A stretch of 64,000 bases of DNA, from contig OX597814.1 in assembly GCA_951406725.2 (NCBI GenBank), positions 198,214,001 through 198,278,000 of the forward strand, read 5' to 3'. Below are positions 1-13,440 of this stretch, in pieces (within the stretch, counting starts at the first letter, position 1; each line of letters starts with the position of its first letter). The position numbers were made by a program, and so were the translations under genes. This DNA is from Octopus vulgaris. Taxonomy: Eukaryota. Below the pieces are notes generated by a model. The model had not been told where the DNA came from, made no database searches, and saw nothing but the letters and a program-made list of their open reading frames with translations.

Positions 1-302
1 TGTGCCCTTGAGTAAAACACTTTATTTCACATTGCTCCAGTCCACTCAGCTGGCAAAAATGAGTAGTACCTGTATTTCAAAGGGCCAGCCTTGTCACACT
101 CTGCGTCATGCTGAATCTCCCTGAGAACTACGTTAGAGGTACACGTGTTTGTGGAGTGCTCAGCCACTTTTATGTTAATTTCATGAACAAGCTGCTCCGT
201 TGACCATATCAGCTGGGAACCTCATCGGCGTAACTGACAGTGTTCCATTGTATACCACTTGAGATGTTTGCCTTGCTTAATGGTTGCTTTCCTGTTTAAC
301 AA

Positions 303-304
<2 letters not shown>

Positions 305-350
<46 letters not shown>

Positions 351-414
351 ATATATATATGTGTGTGTATATATGATGTAGGCATGGTTGTATGGCTAAG
401 AAGCTTGCTTTGCA

Positions 415-511
<97 letters not shown>

Positions 512-516
512 ATATA

Positions 517-548
<32 letters not shown>

Positions 549-612
549 TGTGTGTGTGTGTGTATATATGTATATATATGTGTATGTATATATATATATA
601 TGATGATGATGA

Positions 613-646
<34 letters not shown>

Positions 647-668
647 GCACGCACATGTACATGTGTGT
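305..668. repeat. Compound (TA)n/(TG)n microsatellite within SINE A remnants
   Basis: Seen directly; source of the YIYI/CVCV pseudo-ORFs. Confidence 0.95.
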
Positions 669-1688
669 GGGTGTTTTGTATTTGTCCTTGTCCCCACCAC
701 CACCACCACTTGACAAGTGATATTGGATAATTTACATACTTCTAACTCGACTGAGGTTTGGCAAACCAGATGGCTGCACCAGACTCCAGTCTGATCTGGT
801 AAAGTTTCTACAGCTGGATGCCCTTCCTAATGACAACCACTCCGAGAGTGTAGTGGGTGCTTTTACGTGCCACTAGCACGAGGGCCAGTCAGGCGGCGCT
901 GGCAACAGCCACACTCAAATGGTGCTTTTAATGTGCCACCTGCACAGGAGCCAGTCCAGCGGCACTGGCAACGACCTCGCTCAAATGTTTTTTCACGTGC
1001 CACCAGCAAAAGTGCCAGTAAGGCAACGCAGGTAACGATCACGCTCGAATGGTGTTTTTAACGTGCCATTGGCACAGAGGCTAGATTGTCGCTCTGGCAA
1101 CGATCTCACTTGTATGGTACTCTTAGCGCTCCACAAGCATGGATGCCAGTCGTCGAATTTGATTTCGATCCAAAGGTTGAAACAATTAGAAGAGAGAAAA
1201 AATAAAAGATCCTGATGAGATCAATATAACAAAGTGAGAAGCAGAACAGGACATTCTTATTACTTGTTTGGTAACACAGGCAGCTGCAAATTGGAAGGCG
1301 GCGTACTTTGAAGATATTGGGACATTGTTGGGGCAAAGTGTATCTTCCATCTTTTACTTGTTTCAGTCTATGGACTGTGGCCATGCTGGGGCACCTCCTT
1401 GAAGGTTTTTAGTTGAACAAATCAACCCCAGTATATCTTTTCTTTTACTTGTTTCAGTCAATGGACTGTAGCCATGCTGGAGCACAACCTTGAAGGTTTT
1501 TACTTGAATAAATCAACCCCAGTATATCTTTTATCTTTTACTTGTTTCAGTCAATGGACTGTGGCAATGCTGGAGCACCACCTTGAAGGTTTTTAGTTGA
1601 ACAAATTAACTCCAGTATATCTTTTATCTTTTACTTGTTTCAATCAATGGACTGTGGCCATGTTGGGACATTGCCCTGAAGAGTTTAA

Positions 1689-1898
1689 CCCTTTAGTGTT
1701 TAAACTGGGGGCTGTTTCTGGCCCTAATATTCTACCTGTTTTATGCTCAAACTGGCCAGAACCAGCATCTCACACCTATGTCATTCTAAAAATAAACAAT
1801 TACGTCTTTCAAATCATGAAGCTACAAGATTAATTAATTTTTTTTTGATGTGAATAAATAAGGATTACTTTTGACAAAGTAATCTGAAGACTAAAGGG
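1689..1898. mobile_element. piggyBac-type MITE (second family)
   Basis: TTAA|CCCTTTAGT ... ACTAAAGGG|TTAA; related fragments near 24970-25025, 34180-34255, 34690-34770 and 35750-35830. Confidence 0.75.
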
Positions 1899-2074
1899 TT
1901 AATCACACAAATTGACATCCGGATTTATTTTCAGTTTTAATCAGGTACTTACTCCATCAGCCTCTTTTGTAAAACTGCTGAGTTACAGGGATGTAAACAA
2001 ACCAACGACTGTTGTCAAGAGTTAGAGTAAAAGGACACACTAAAATACATTTTTACATACATATATGTAAATGC

Positions 2075-2151
<77 letters not shown>

Positions 2152-4420
2152 GCTTCCATACAGTTTTTGTTGGTTTTTTTTTGTCCTCATGTAGTAAGAA
2201 ACTTGCTTCCCAACCACATGGTTCTGGGTTCAGTCCCACTGCATGGCACTATAGCCTTGGGCTGACCAAAGCCTTGTGAGTGGATTTGGGAGACAGAAAC
2301 TGGAAGAAGCCTGTCATAAATGTGTGTGTGTGTGTGTGCATGTGTGTGTCTGTGTTTGTCCCCCCCACCATCACTTGACAACTGATGTTGGTGTGTTTAT
2401 GTCCGTGTAACTTAGCAGTTCAGCAAAAAAGACCCAAAGGATAAGTACTAGGCTTACAAAGAATGAGTCCTGGTGTCGATTTGTTTGACTAAAGGCAGTG
2501 CTCCAGCATGACCGCTGTCAAGTGACTGAAACAAGTAAAAGAAAAAAAAGAAAGGCATTAGTTGACCTGGGGTTGTAGTAGACGATGCTTGTCTTAGGTG
2601 CCAGGCAGTGGGACTGAACCCAAAACCACATGGTTGCAAAGCAAGTTTCTTAGCCACACAGCCATGCCTTCATCATCATCGTCATTGTTTAATGTCCACT
2701 TTCCATGCTGGCATGGGTTGGACGGTTTGACTGAGGTCTGGAGAGCCAGTAGCTGCACCAGGCTCCAATCTTGAACTGGCAGAGTTTCTACAGCTGGATG
2801 CACTTCCTAAGACCAACCACTCTGAGAGTGTAGCATGTGCTTTTTACGTGCCACCGGCACAGGGGCTGGTCCGGCAGCGCTGGCATCAGCCATGTTTGGA
2901 TGGTGCTCTTTATGTGCCACTGGCATAGGAGCCAGTTGGGATGAGGGGGGTTGCATCGACCACGTTCAGATAGTGCTGTTTATGTGCCCCCGGCACAGGA
3001 GCCAGTCAGGCAGTGCTCGCATCAGCCACGTTCAGATGGTACTTTTTACATGCCACCGGCACAGAAGCCAGTTGAGGCAAGGGGGCTGGCATCATCCATG
3101 TTCAGATGGTGCTTTTTATGTGCCACCGGCACAGGGTGTCAGTCAGGCGGCATTGGCAACGACCCACGCATGAATGTTGCTTATTGCGTGTCACAGCACA
3201 GGAGCCAGTCAGACTATAGAACATGTGACCTTGAAGGAGCTACAATTACAGAAGGGTGTTTGAATGAGGAGAATGTAAAGGAGAGAGAAAGAAAAAGAGG
3301 GAGGAGCTAGTTTAATTATACAGAACAGTCAGTAGCCATTAAAGTAGGTTGTGCGGTCATGAACAATTAACAAACTGATTTGGTAGAGGCAATTGTTGTG
3401 GTGTTTAAATTATCAGACACAGTAGTTTCTTGTGTAAACAATCAAATGACAGGAAGCAAGTCATATATACCTCACAACTGTTGTAGCATTATCATTGCCA
3501 GCTAGTACTTGAACAAAAGAAGCTGATTCCCCAGAGAGAGGGACATCTACAAAGTTATCAACTTGTTGAACCAGATTACGAAGGTTCTGAATAAGGTTAT
3601 AGCACAATTAAGGACAGAATTAGCCTAGCTGAGCTGCAGTTTGGTCTTGTGTCGGAAAGAAGACTAATAATTTCATCTTCCTAGTGAAACACCTGGAATA
3701 AGGCCTCTGTGCCTAGAATTTTTTTCCCTCTTTTTCTTTCTCTCTCCTTTACATTCTCCTCATTCAAACACCCTTTTTGTAACAGTAACTCCTTCAAGAG
3801 TACGTGTTCTATTGTCTGACTGGCTCCTTCTATGCTGTGGCATGCAATAAGCAACATTCATGCATGGGTCGTTGCCAGTGCTGCCTGACTGGCTCCCCAT
3901 ACCGGTGGCACATAAAAAGTACCATCTGAACGTGGCTGATGCCAGCCCCCTTTCCCGAACTGGCTCCTGTGCTGGTGGCACGTAAAAAGTACCATCTGAA
4001 CGCGGCTGATGCCAGTCCCCTTGCTCCAACTGGCTCCTGTGCTGGTGGCACATAAAAAGTACCATCTGAACGCGGCTGATGCCAGCCCCCTTTCCCGAAC
4101 TGGCTCCTGTGCTGGTGGCACGTAAAAAGTACCATCTGAACGTGGCTGATGCCAGTCCCCTTGCTCCAACTGGCTCCTGTGCTGGTGGCACATAAAAAGC
4201 ACCATCTGAACATGGCTGATGCCAGTGCTGCCTGACTGACTCCCGTGCCGGTGGCAAGTAAACAGCACCATCTGAACATGGTCGATGCAACCCCCCATCG
4301 TCCTAACTGGCTCCTGTGCTAATGGCATGTAAAAAGCACCATCCAAACATGGCTGATGCCAGTGCCACCGGACTGGCTCCTGTGCCAGTGGCACATAAAA
4401 AGCACCCACTACACTCTCGG

Positions 4421-4655
4421 AGAAGGTCTTCCACAGGGTTTCATACTCTGTAATCTAGTGATCAGTGAGGAAAGCAAAGGTGAATAAATTCCTTATGAGG
4501 ACCCTACAAGCCTCATTGAGAAGTGGAGTCAGCAATGACATCTGTGATAAATTTACCATGCAGCTAGAAGTCAATCAGGGTTCAAGTCTCAGCTCCTTCC
4601 TCTTTATAATAGTCCTCCAGATCATCACATGGGAACTCATTTTGCTGATCACTAT
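4421..4655 (+). mobile_element. Degenerate LINE reverse-transcriptase fragment (upstream part at ~3530-3705)
   Basis: VNQGSSLSSFLFIIVL resembles the RT QG-S-LSP motif; KAFD-like remnant upstream. Confidence 0.6.
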
Positions 4656-5683
4656 ATTTTTATTGTGGTGTGTTAAGCAGATTTAGATTAAAAATTACAG
4701 ATAAGGCCTCTAATAAATGTAAGACAGGTTTCTAATATGAAGAAATTAGCCAAGCATATTGCATATTTATATGTAAATCTTTGATAAAACATAAATCCGA
4801 AATAAGTTATAGAGCTGTATATTATATAAATGAAGTTAGATAAGGCTGGTTTATGGGATTGCCCTGGATTTCACATTCATAAAGTGCTTAGCTTTACAGC
4901 GGATCATGAGATCCCAACAGGTCTGGGATCTGACAATATGCTGTGAAGCTAAGCACCTTATGGACATGAGACCCAGAGTAAGCCCATAAACTGACCTTAT
5001 CTAACTTTATCTATCTATCTCTCCTTCTCTCTCTCTCTCTCTCTCTAGTCAGGTGGTACTGGCAACGGCCATACTCAAATGGTGATTTTTATGTACCACC
5101 TGCACAGGAGCCAGTTCAGCAGCACTGGCAATGACCTCACTCAAATGTTTTTTCATGTGCCACCAGCAAAAGTACCAGTAAGGCAACAACTACAATAACA
5201 ACACCAGCACCACCACCACCACTACCATCACCAACAACGCCAACATCACCGAGACCAACAACACTAATGCCAGCAACACAACCAGCTCTCCTCCACCCCA
5301 ATCAACATCCCCACCATCAACAGCTGTTCAAGAATTTGGACCTGAAGATCTCCATTTCCAGCGACTTCGAGAGCCACCTCCCAGTGGTGTCAGGCGTCAA
5401 CGAAGAGCCCTCAACTACAACAAGACAACCAAACTTTTTTTTTTATTTTATCCAAGGTCTGGGGTCTCCCGCCCCTAAGCCCTAGACCATCACCTAATCA
5501 CCCTTATCCGTCTTGTTGCTTAACAACAACAGCAGCAACAACAAATAAGCAGAAGGTAACACTGAAATGCTTCCAACAGTCTTACATAAAACTCATCCTT
5601 TACAATGCAGAAAACACAGTCACAGACACCCATGTTTCTTCAGATGATAACACTGGAGATGTTTATCTCCATCTACGGAGTAA

Positions 5684-6062
5684 TCTTTATATATAAAAGT
5701 GAGGTTGTGTGCTGTCTGTCTCCTACGATTTAGATTCCTAACTACTCCCACATTTTACGAAGCAGTTCAACCAAAACCGGGTATCTTATAGTCGTGATTC
5801 ATATCGAGCCCTTCTGGGTATTAGCGCGCATCTACGATGAGTCTACGATTTAAAAAAAAATTTACCATCATTTTTTCCCATTTTAATGCATTTTTTCGCT
5901 ATTATATAAGGGAAGTAACTCTCTAAAAATGTCTACGATGAGTCAACGATTTAAAAAAAAATTTTGTCCATTTTTTATGCATTTTTTTGGCTATAACTCT
6001 CTAAAAATGCTTATATAGTTATTTCCCTTACAAACCCGAGCAACGCCGGGCGATACTGCCAG
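5684..6062 (+). mobile_element. Non-autonomous Helitron-type element
   Basis: A|TCTTTATATATAAAA 5' end, subterminal hairpin CCCGAGC-AAC-GCCGGG, 3' end CCAG|T (CTAG variant), no TSD. Confidence 0.8.
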
Positions 6063-6672
6063 TTCTTCATAAATTAGAGTTCTAGCAATTTTAAGCAGGT
6101 CTCTCCTAATACAGGGTATCCATGAATTACTGTTACAATTTGAAAAATTCAGAAAAAGAAAGGAAAAAAGATAACTCAAGCAGAATTTATAGGTAAACAA
6201 AGTACTATTGGAAATATCAGAAACACTTGCACGTAGGCTCCATTGCTCTCACACACAAGCTGCAGGGTTAGCAGAGTAAACCCCTAGACCATCACCTAAT
6301 CACCCTTACTCGTCTTGTTGCTTAACAACAACAAAAACAAGAACAACAACCACCAACAACAACAAATTCCATCCATTAACAACATCCTCAACGACTACAC
6401 ACATTTCTCACATGGAATGTTGAGATCACAAAATTTCGGAAAGAAGTACGTTAGGCTAAAGCGAACCACTTGACCTGTGATGTCATTTTAAGGTCAACAG
6501 CAGGATGAGCACATGAAAGACATTGCAGTGAGAGGCTTTCTGTCAATTCTGCCTTTTTATATAATAACAAAGCATTTGAAGTTTTCCTACTTTCAAGTCA
6601 CTAGGTTCTAGGTTCAATCCTCTGAAAATTTAACATGGCATCACATATTCTCTATAATAATATTAAGAAACC

Positions 6673-6831
6673 TAGGAGTGGCTGTGTGGTAAGTAGCTTG
6701 CTTACCAACCACATGGTTCTGGGTTCAGTCCCACTGCGTGGCACCTTGAGCAAGTGTCTTCTACTATAGCCTCGGGCCGACCAAAGCCTTGTGAGTGGAT
6801 TTGGTAGACGGAAACTGAAAGAAGCCTGTCG

Positions 6832-6879
<48 letters not shown>

Positions 6880-7086
6880 GTATGTGTGTCTGTGTTTGTC
6901 CCACAGCTTGACAACCAATGTTGGTGTGTTTACGTCACCGTAAGTGGTTCGGCAAAAGCGACCAATAGAATAAGTACTAGGCTTACAAAGAATAAGTCCT
7001 GGGGTCGATTTGTACGACTAAAGGCGGTGCTCCAGCATGGCCACTGTCAAATGACTGAAACAAGTAAAAGAGTAAGAGTAAAGAGT
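6673..7086 (+). mobile_element. tRNA-derived SINE family A, full-length example. Other copies: ~17490-17933(-), 18582-18996(+), 23653-24053(+), 31288-31715(+), 32586-32985(-), 34290-34693(+), 38950-39324(-), 46694-47102(-)
   Basis: Pol III A box TGGCTGTGTGG, B box GGTTCAGTCC, central (TA)n/(TG)n tract, tail GACTGAAACAAGTAAAAGAG; many near-identical copies. Confidence 0.88.
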
Positions 7087-7344
7087 ATGCCTTGCAAAAG
7101 AATTTGGTAAACAGAAACTGTAAACCCATTGCTTATGTATATAAATACATAGATTTGTGTACGAGTGTGTATGTGTGTATTTACTGCGGTGATGTTTTAA
7201 CCATATCTCACATGGAATTAAAAAGCGGGCATTTTAAACTGGTCATGATGCATACGTGCATATATATGTATGTATACGTTCGTATATGTGAGTATTCATA
7301 TGTTGTATTTATATATATATATGTATTTGCTTCTCTCTGCGTGT

Positions 7345-7403
7345 ATTCCACTGATGAGGCAAAGCATTTCTAAATGCAAAGTCAGAAATCCGGGATCTGG
7401 AAT
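7345..7403 (+). ncRNA. Type I hammerhead ribozyme motif
   Basis: Stem I ATTCCA/TGGAAT, core CTGATGA, stem II GGC/GTC plus GCATTT/AAATGC, GAAA-TCCGGGA-TC (AUC site). Confidence 0.62.
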
Positions 7404-7625
7404 TATCCAGTATTTATTTTATTTTGTTTTTTTGTCTTCTCTCCTTGTGCTATATGAACACTTAAGGTGGTTTTAGAGTCAGATCTTGGCTGCTATTTTG
7501 AGCATGGCGGTATCTCGTAGATACTCTAAGTTATAATTTCAATAACAATTATTACCTTTGAAAGTTTTTATTTCCATGCTGGCAACCTGATAAGATCGTT
7601 ATTTAACTTAAATTAACAATCTTAT

Positions 7626-7676
<51 letters not shown>

Positions 7677-9593
7677 GTTGGAATTTACAAAAAAACAAAA
7701 GATGAAGACAGATGTATTAGTTTAACACTCAGGAAGGTGAAGAAGTCTTTTATATTTCAAGCCTATGCTCTTCAACAGAAAGGAACACAAGAAAATAAAC
7801 AGAGAGAGAATAAAAATGTAAATAAACACACGTGGTTTGTAAGTGACAGTCATGTGTTCCCATATCGAAAGATCGCCTGAGGTTTTAATGATTAGACAGA
7901 GGTCCAATAGAATAGCTCTCAGAAAGAGACTACGCACAAATTTGTTCTTTACAACTCCTGAAGCTGTTTTCTGACAAGGGGTGGGAGAGTCAGGAAATTT
8001 TCATACAGCTGGAGACTCCAATTGAAACAGGGGACCCGAAATGATAAGGTTGAGAAAAGCTGTTATAGATTATGCCTAACCGAAAAGGATCACAGCCACA
8101 TCATCCAAACAGACCAGGTGAAACCGGGCTTAGCTGCTAGTATATATATATATATATATATATACACAAACATGTATACACATAACATACATGTATCTAC
8201 ACACATATATCTTTTATCTGTTTCAGTCATTGGACAGTGGCCATGCTGGGGCACTGACTTGAAGAATGTTTAGTCAAATGAATTGAGCCCCCCAGTTTTT
8301 TTTTGTTTTTTAAACCAAGTATCTATTCTGTAGGTCTCTTTTGCCGAACCACTAGGTTACAGGGATGTAAACGGACCAACACTGGTTGTCAAGCAGTGGA
8401 GGGGAACAAACATACACACACATCACCATCATCGTTTAACGTTCGTTTTCCATGCTAGCATGGGTTGGACGGTTCGACCGGGGTCTGGGAAGCCAGGAGG
8501 CTGCACCAGGCTCCAGTCTGATCTGGCAGTGTTTCTACAGCTGGATGCCCTTCCTAACGCCAACCACTCCATTAGTGTAGTGGTGCTTTTTAGGTGCCAC
8601 CGGCACAGATGTGTCACCAGCACACACACACATATATATGATATACTATGGGCTTCTTTTCAGTTGCCAAATCCAGAAATCCACTGACAAGGCTTTGGTC
8701 GGCCTGAAGCTATAGTAGAAGACACTTTTCCAAAGTGTCATGCAGTGGAACTGAAACCAGAACCTTGCAATTGGGAAGCAAGCTTCTTACTACATAGCCA
8801 CCCTTGTGCCTGTATCCATTTTGCTTAGGTGTAGTCATACTAATAACTTTGTGTTAGAACTCAGTATGCATATGCTTCAGAACAAAACATCAGTTGAGTA
8901 CAGAGCAGTAAAAGGAAAAGGAAAGGAGCACTCTGTCGGTTACAACGACGAGGGTTGCAGCTGATCCGATCAACGGAACTGCTTGCTTGTGAAATTAGCA
9001 TGCAAGTGACTGGACAATCCGCAGACATGCTCACCCCTAACATAGTTCTCAGTGAGATTCAGCATGACACAGAGTGTGACAAGGCTGGCCCTTTTTTCAA
9101 TTACAGGTACAACTCATTTTTGCCAGCTGAGTGGACTGGAGTAACGTGAAATAAAGTGTCTGGCTCAAGGACACAACGCATCGCCAGGAATTGAACTCAC
9201 GACTTTACGATCATGAGCCGAATGCCCCTAATCACTAAGCCACACGCCCTCAGAAGTTATATAAATTTTGTCTTCGTATATACTCAGAAGTTTAAGTCCT
9301 GGGGTCGATTTGCTCCACTAAAAAAAGGCGGTGCTCTAGCATGACCACAGTCAAATGACTGAAATAAGTAAAAAAAAAAAATGACAAAGAAATTAATAAT
9401 TATGTGATGAATTCCATTGGCCTGCAGCTGTTTCTGCTTTAAAATGCAATGCACTCATAGTTCAGTGCATTGCATCTGATAGCAAACTTGATTATGAGAA
9501 AATTATTTTATAAAATTCTTCATTATTTTCAAAATTAACTGAATCAAATGCAGCTGATTTCTGTAGGAGAAAAAAAGGTGATGGAAGGATTAA

Positions 9594-9815
9594 CCCTTTT
9601 GTTACCATATTTATTTTGAGATGCTCTGTATGTCTTTTGATTAATTTTAAATATGATAAATAATTTAGTAAAATAACTTAGTTATCATTCAACGAGTGTT
9701 AGGAACATAAATTGTGACTAAGGTTTGGAGAAAGATTTTAATTCAAAACTTACGAAAACAAGATATTTGCTCTAAAGAGCCAGAGGCAGTTTCAGCCGGG
9801 TTGGTATCAAAAGGG
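9594..9815. mobile_element. piggyBac-type MITE
   Basis: TTAA|CCCTTTTGTTACCA ... TGGTATCAAAAGGG|TTAA; partial relative near 31720-31838. Confidence 0.8.
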
Positions 9816-10871
9816 TTAAGCAAAATGAATGAACAAGCAAAATTATGCAAAAAATTTAAACAAAAAGGATAGAAAAATATTTTATAATTTATTATTTTTC
9901 CATTTGTATATCAATTAGAAATTCCCGTTATAAAAGAAAAAAAAAATACTTGATTTTTCAAAAAGAAAAGAAAAATCCTTCATAAAATTCATTGAAAAAT
10001 AACAAGTGATACAAACAGAGATGGATAAAGTCATCATTATCATCATCATCATCACAGTCACTGGTCTTATTGATATAAACCCCTAAGTCATATGTGGATT
10101 AGAGTGAATGTAATGCTCTTGTCTAATACATATCACATGATGGATGGCAGAATTGATTATCATTGATTATTGATTAAAAAAAATATTAAAATGTTTGTTT
10201 TTTTTCTTTTAGTACAACATTGTTAATGTGCTGTAAATATATATACTTTTTTTTATTGCATTCTGAATATCAAAGGATCAAAATAGCCCTCTTACATAAG
10301 ATTCTACCTAGATTTAAAAACTGCTCCCAAGCAATTTTTTTCCCCTAAAATAATCAATAGCATATTTCATATATTTCAAATTAAGGAAAAAACCCAAATT
10401 CAAAGATAATTCAATATTCTGCCCTTCCTATGATATGCCAATATATATATATATACATAGATGAAAAAAATTAATAGAAATGGCTTTTCTTATTATAATT
10501 TTTCCATTAACATCTAATTATTAAAATGAAAAAATTATCAGAAAAGTCATATCTATTCATTTCTTCAAATATGTAATACTGCACAAGGATTTTTTATCTC
10601 TTATTCTACTATATATATATATATATATAGTAATAATGAGAAATTTTGGATGAAAATTCATAAATACTTTAATACATTAAAATATTTATGAATTTCCATC
10701 CCAAAGTTCTTGTTATTACCTCCTCCTATGTTATAGCAGTACCAAATCAATAACCATCCCATATGAAGTTACTCTGGAAGATGGAAACAATAAGAGGTGA
10801 CTAGAATAAATAGCATAGAAGCTTGTTATGAGTGCACTCGTAAACGTTTTCCATAAACAAACTTAAAGAAC

Positions 10872-10903
<32 letters not shown>

Positions 10904-11971
10904 TTAGAGATAAAACCACTATTATGCAACTCAATTGATATTGCATAATAGTGGTTTTATCTCTAATTTATATTTTATATATTTATATTGAGAAATTTGA
11001 TTTAATACTAAATTGAATTTTTCCATGTAAGTTTGGAGTTATACTCCCTAATATTATTATATATATATATATATATATATAGATATATATATGCACATAA
11101 GCATGCATATGTACATACATACATATATATACACAGACATATATGTATACACACACACAGAGGTCTGCATGTTTGTATGTAAGTATCAAGTGATAGGGAT
11201 CTATCTTAAAAGATCCTGACGATCTGATTGCACTTCCACGTGTCTCAGGCAAACAAGGTACTCCAATCAATCAATTGATCAATGTAACAGTCCTTGTATA
11301 GTCAGACAGTTGTAGAATGCTTCACAGCATCTTGTAAATCTATTTATGCAGCAATGAGGTGTTGCAACGTAAGTTGTGTTTAATATAGGAAGCAAACAAG
11401 AATGGACAACCCAAAACATTGCTACATGTATTTAAATAGCAAGGTCATTTATTCAGCATAGATTGATTTGATCCTGCTGAGAAAAGGCTTGATGTTGCCT
11501 GATGAAATTGTATGGCTATGCAACTATGTAAAATTATGTAATACCATGTAATATTACACATTGTTAAATAAACCACCATGCTATTGAAACATATGTAGCA
11601 ATGCTTGAACTGCCCATTCTCATATATATATATATATTAGAAGAAATGAGGTACTCAGAAATCTGGATATTTAGAGATATTTATTAGTGTATTACATGTT
11701 TTTATAAATCATATATCATATATTAGCGCTTTCGTCCACTCTAGTGGAGTTTTCAAATTGAACTTTTGCCTCTTTTTATAGTATTATTGCATGTGTAATG
11801 GTGGGGAGAGATATAAGATAGTACAAGAGGGTGAGGAATGGGGAGAAAGTGAGAGACAGCACGTGTTATAAAAACATGTAACATATTAATAAATATCTGT
11901 AAATATAAAACCATCCAGATTTCTGAGTACCTCATTTCTTCTAATGTATAATACCTGTACATCTCCAAACC

Positions 11972-12016
<45 letters not shown>

Positions 12017-13392
12017 GTATATTCCAGTTGTGTAGGGTTTAGAATGTAGCGTAAAGTAACTGAGTATCTCTTCCTCTACAAAATAGCTAATGCCCAAACT
12101 GATCAGTCTAGCTGCTTCTATATTGCCCTACATAGTCACATGTGGAGTTACAGAATTTGAAGCTTGTGGCCAATCATTGTCAAGCCCAAAGGCATTAACA
12201 ACAATATATATATAGTAGTGTGCGTATTCTTAAATATATATATATATATACTGCAGAAAAAACGAGGACATTTGAAATAGTAACCACGAGTGTAATGGGT
12301 AGAACTGTTTACAAGTCTGACTTTGTGCGGATGTCCTACTATGCAATACTGCAAATTATATTCATTTAGACGGTCAGACCGATGATCTACGGACATTTAC
12401 GTAAGTTAAATTACGTCATATGTTAATAGTGAAATATGTATGTGAATAATCCATATTTTTATTGCTTTTTCCTTTGTCTTGCTCGATTACGTTTTGGTTG
12501 TTTTGCTAAATTTTTCTTGAGAACATTTCTTAATGGTAAGACCATAGCGGATCTATTTCTAGCATATGGGTGTCCACATAGTGGTTTCCCTCTAATATGT
12601 ATATTTAGATATATATATTATATGAAGTTGAAGCAGGTGTAATCATTTGAAAGGAAGTTCACTTTGAAACCAGGTTGTTCCAAGTTCAATCTGTGAGACA
12701 CTTTGTGGAAATGTCTTCCAAGATAGTCTTGGATTGAGGAATGTATTGTGAGTAGAATTTGGCAGATGGGAAGCGTGTATTAGCCTTTTGTATAGATATG
12801 GGTACATGCATAAATATATGTGCATGTGTGTGTGTGTGTGTGTATGTTAGTGTTTACCAGTGTGTTAAGTTGCGTGGCTTTTTTTGTCAACAATGTGGCT
12901 TAGTGACTTGATAAATAGAGATTGATAAAAAAAAGAAGTACCAGGTTAAAACATGATTGACTAAAACTCTTGAAGGCATTTCTCCCATCATGGCTGCAGT
13001 CCAATGACTGAAACCAGAAAAATGAATAAAAAAAAATTATGTATATATATATGAAGACAAAATTTCTGTACAAACTCCTTGAGGTTGTCACTGTCTTTGA
13101 TTGTTTAGTTATTGTGCTTCTGCTTAACTGGTAAACAGGAGAGAAAGTCTAGTTCCCAAATATCAAACAGAACAAGGATGGTTCCCAATCTACTGTTGTC
13201 TGCACCAGAGAATTAAGAAATACATATAGAATTATTAATAAATATGCAATAGAAATTATATATGCTCTATCCCTACCCGTCATTTTACTATTCAGACACT
13301 ATTTGAGAACTTAACATGGGAGCTAATAAATGAGAAAACATATGTAACTACAAATATTTAATTTTGTAGTATGTTTCTCCATTTTCTAATTT

Positions 13393-13440
<48 letters not shown>

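Noticed and set aside
277-730. Long ORFs of YIYI/THTH/CVCV (also 30589-31231 and 36631-36995)
   Set aside because: Translations of di- and tetranucleotide microsatellites
3901-4200. CRISPR-like regular repeats
   Set aside because: Eukaryotic context, spacers are not unique, no cas genes; it is a minisatellite
3760-4409. 150-183 aa ORFs with repeated FYVPPAQ / MVLFTCHQH motifs
   Set aside because: Product of the 60-bp minisatellite in retroposon family D; open in several frames and found at many loci
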